Part shown: one piece after another, positions 60,111 to 64,000 of the stretch
Numbering within the stretch: position 1 is the stretch's first letter
How the letters are laid out: every line of letters starts with the position of its first letter
Source of the DNA: Iphione sp. A-MEVVRFRX5
Taxonomy: Eukaryota
Direction: 5' to 3'
DNA: 64,000 bases
NCBI GenBank assembly: GCA_976226885.1
Contig: OZ320316.1
Location: 80,104,001-80,168,000, forward strand
Position numbers and translations under genes: made by a program
The notes under the pieces: model-generated
Database searches by the model: none
What the model saw: only the letters and a program-made list of their open reading frames with translations
What the model was told of the DNA's origin: nothing

Positions 60111-63100
60111 GGTTTTCGCACAAATGACGGTGACTATACCAACGTTAAGACACCTCTGGATGTATCTTGTGCTGTACGGCCTTATCTATAGCCCGCATGG
60201 AACGAGAAACCCTCAGTCTTATGGCAGAGATTATATTTAATCTCCAGCCGATAAGGTGGGAGAACGGGAAACCCTTATTCGCCAAGGCCTGTCTTATCTG
60301 TGGGCTTAGGTAGCAGTAGCGCAAACGGGAAACCGGGCATTAGTCTTTTGGACGTACATATCAAGTATGTTCCTATGTAATGAAAATTTAAACATTTCAA
60401 CCCGAAATTTATGTTACTTCCCAACATATCCGCTTCTCACCCAAGGGTAGAATCTTTATAGGACTTATGTCCACCTTGGCTCAGAGCCGTCCACTGTTGC
60501 CAAAATATTCCCCCTTCCCCCACAACATGCGGTCCATTGGCTCGGTCACGTATGGCCTCTGGTACAATTTCAATGAAAAAAGTGTTAGCAGCCAAACTGG
60601 AACCAAAGTATCTATCGCTTACTCCCGTTGCTTTTCACCGTTTGTGCATTTTGTCCCTTTAAAAACGAGGCCATCGTCTCCTTGTCACGGTCACATCGCT
60701 CAAATAAATCTGACTCAAAGAAGATAATACACGATCAATTCCACAAGAAATGATGACATGCTATTGAGTTAACTTCTCGTGTTTTTACGCAGTGGAAAAT
60801 TACTCGAAGTACGGCTGTATAATGTGGTTAAATATCTAGAACCACAATTCTAAGAAAGGACTGACTTGATGTTTGGTTGAAGCACTTTATGTTTCGGGAC
60901 ACTAACCACTGTGAGCTTTATGTTTGCTGCCATGATTACTGTACTATTTCGGTGAGACCCGGCAACGTACTGTTACGGTGTATAGCTACGGAGACGATGA
61001 CTCACACCAGGGCGGAGCTACTGTGGAGGTTCGGCCAAAAGACGTTATCTACTGGGTTGCATGGACAAAAAATAAGCAAGAACTTAAATAATCTGAGATT
61101 CTTTCTGAATATTCTCAATGGTTTTGGTGACCAATAAACAGATGGTTAGGACGGGTTATCTCCAATTCGATCTCTCATTGATCATTATGTATGATCGTTC
61201 ATTACTGAGGGGAACAATATGTGAAACATATACTTTACATGTAGGGAGGTTCCAGGTAAGGGAAAAGCGGTGGTAGTATATGTGGTATTTTAATCTTTAT
61301 CTGTATGAAATTAATATAAATGGAGGTGTAAAAAGCACGTTACTCTCGTGCTCCACAATCCGCTCCATAATAATGAAGCAGTCATGGGCCAAGACAAGGC
61401 TTTCTGGTTTAATCCCTTTCAGTAATGAAATCCCACCTCCAGTGATGGCTCTCCTTGCTTCGCTCAGGCCTTAATTGAACTAGAAAATGTCAATTTACTC
61501 CATACGGAAACCTAATTCCTTTCTACCCTATCAACGCCGAGGAGCTTAGCTTGGCCCACTTCAGAAGGACGGTGGCGGGGGATGGGCGGTAGGCATTCTC
61601 TTGAAAGGCGCAATTATACATCCATTTTGTCAACATCTCGGACGAACACAGCGTAACTTAACTTGATGAATATTACATACTCTTCTTTCTCATCGGACGC
61701 TGTGGTTAACATTCGGACGACGGAATAATTCATTTTGTGTTCGATGAGGTGCAAAAAAACCAGCGGTCTATATGTATATACCAGAACATTTAAAATCATG
61801 AGCAGTGACGGGCTTTCGGTCCTCCTACTCGCTGCAGTAATGCCCAACAACACGAATCCAGGAAACAGTATGAATCTGGCCAACAACGTTATTGCATATA
61901 ATGTCAGCCACCCCTGATGATATAGGCTATAGAAAGTTGACCCACGTCCTTTCACGTTCTGTCTATTCATCCGTCAGGTGCAAGGGTGAAGTGATTGCTA
62001 CGAGTAGGTTCCGGTTGGGGGACTACCCACCCACAACGAACACGTTGCTTGAGCTCCTTGCTCCTTGTGAGGTCCTCCTTTGACATATTGCTGGGAGGAG
62101 ATGTCTCAGCATGTACTCTTGCCGAACTCAAGAAACTGCTTGATGGTAGAATATTCATCTGTAATCTTACTGCCTACTCGACGAGGTAACTAGGCCAGAC
62201 CAAAAATTGTTAAATGGCTTCATTAGTGAATATGGCCAGTCCACATAGTTTTTAGCTAAGATTGTTGCAACTGGTGATGCTAGAATTGGGTTATCAGGCA
62301 AATGTTTCTAAAAAAGCCTCCTCAGGGTTTAAGCAGTTTCTATGTATCACACCACAATAAGAACAGCATGACGTTCTTTATTCCGCGCATTGAATATCAT
62401 ACACATGGCAGGCTAACGAGGTCCAGACCCCACGTCCATATACACACCTCATGTATGTCCTTCTTGCGGCTGGCCTCGGGACATTTCTGGCCTCCTTCAG
62501 TCTCCCACTGAGATACGGGTCACTCAAGCACAGGTGGGCTTGCCGCAGGACGTGTATGTTGACATGTACCTGCATTATAGGCTACTGGTCTGCACCTAGT
62601 GCCATAAACAGAATCGTATACTGTTATCATAATGATGAAATATTGCCCCTATGACCAACGCATTAACTATGACATCTACCTTCTTCCTGTACATGTACTA
62701 CCATCTGCTATTGTAAAAATTTTATCCCCCACGAGGCATTGATATCAAAAGTTGATTTGAAAGCAAACAGACCAGCAATTACCTGATAAGTTATGTGCCA
62801 GAGGAGAAGGACCTTCTCAAAGTAAATACCGGTGGTACCCTCACATAAAGATCCTGTACAAGTGGACTCTCCTCGGTGCTCCCGTTGAGTCCTGCTCAGA
62901 AACTAGGTTCATCGCCTTCTGCCTTAAAAACACATCCCGCCATACAAGTATTTTAGATATGTGTGTTAGCATCTTGCTAACAGGCAAAATTAATATTGAT
63001 GGGTGTGAAGAAAATCTCATGAAAAAAATCTGAAAGAAGATTTACAGTTTTACTGATTTTCTGCGGTGTGATTCAATCATCCCTGAAGAAATGTTTTTTT

Positions 63101-64000
63101 CTATTAACCAGCCGATCCCTTTGCCAATCCAGTAACCGGCACCACTTTTTAGAAACGACCAATACGCTTCTATTAGGACAGCGCCTTACCTAATCATTCC
63201 TAAAAACAAAGTGGACTATAACAGCATAATTGTTATTTTAGTCTTGGTTGGCTAGGATGAAGGAATAATTCTATGATAATTATGCTTCAAACGATAGTTC
63301 TTGTGTAACCAGATAGAAGGAATCTACTGTGGGTAACCTGAGACGCAAGCCAGAAATCAGGAACAATAATTAAATCGATGAAGTACAAGAACAATCAGTA
63401 ACTGTTCCTCCAATTTCTCTACGGCTTCTTTTCCTTACACGACCCTTATCGAAGATTTCAGCGTGGGAATCAGAATGTGAAGATATGTGCTTCTTGCTAC
63501 AAATTCTTGCACTATATTGTTACCGGAGAACGGAGAACAGGAATCATCGGCAAAACTGGTGCAATACCGACCACAATCATTTGTCTATTGTTGGTGGAAA
63601 AGGTTTAAGTGATGAGTGCCGATCCCAACAGTGTTGCCCCGAGGCCCAGGGCGGGATGTTCTTGCCGGGAGGCCTCAAGGGGGCTTCGTAGTAGGAGCCC
63701 TATGAGGTATACTGCGCTATTGATGATGAAGTGCATTGTGTCTGGCAAGCGGGATCTGTGAGGTCTCATCAACGACTACCCGTCCTCCCGGTCAACCTCT
63801 AGTTCTCTCTTTATAGCCGACCATCAGCGGAACACGCGCTTCAGCCACCGCCATCACAAGCTCCACTTGCTTGCAGCTTCTCTTCCTGACAAGGTGAGGC
63901 TTTACTCTTGAAAACAGGCAGATAATCACTGTATTTCCTTTGGTCTGCTCCTTTCTCACGAAGTCTCTTACTGCAGAGCCTTAAGGCCACATAGTTGTCA

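Larger units (their letters stand above)
56661..60339 (-). mobile_element. Autonomous Harbinger/PIF DNA transposon, copy 2 (inverted, ~99.9% identical to copy 1)
   Basis: Mirror coordinates sum to 110063 at both ends (no net indel); only two substitutions found (51418/58645, 53218/56845); flanks TAA left, TTA right. Confidence 0.95.

Noticed and set aside
49823-60240. Many additional duplicated short ORFs within the two Harbinger copies
   Set aside because: Alternate-frame or antisense shadows duplicated by the inverted repeat

Overview
Eukaryotic (metazoan, probably marine-invertebrate; inference from spliceosomal introns, TE content and ~40% GC) genomic window, mostly non-coding and dominated by transposable elements. 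Main contents: (1) the 5' end of a Ty3/Gypsy LTR retrotransposon on the - strand (233-bp LTR 707-939, 19-nt tRNA-Leu PBS, gag running off the window start); (2) a 642-aa intronless low-complexity ORF (7569-9497) with no family I recognise; (3) a complete, very young 4.2-kb Ngaro-type tyrosine-recombinase retrotransposon (27341-31553, - strand) with split direct repeats A1...B1-A2-B2; (4) two ~99.9% identical 3679-bp autonomous Harbinger/PIF transposons in inverted orientation around a 3258-bp spacer (49724-60339), each with a spliced DDE transposase and a spliced Myb/SANT-like gene; (5) MITEs, a decayed LINE RT, minisatellites and a candidate two-exon fragment of a host gene. Top leads: in the Ngaro element gag and pol are in the same frame, separated only by one UGA in a UGA-CGG context followed by a long-range RNA stem, which looks like programmed stop-codon readthrough; and the TWA flank pattern of the Harbinger pair fits a 10.6-kb composite transposon. 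No database searches or folding calculations could be run.
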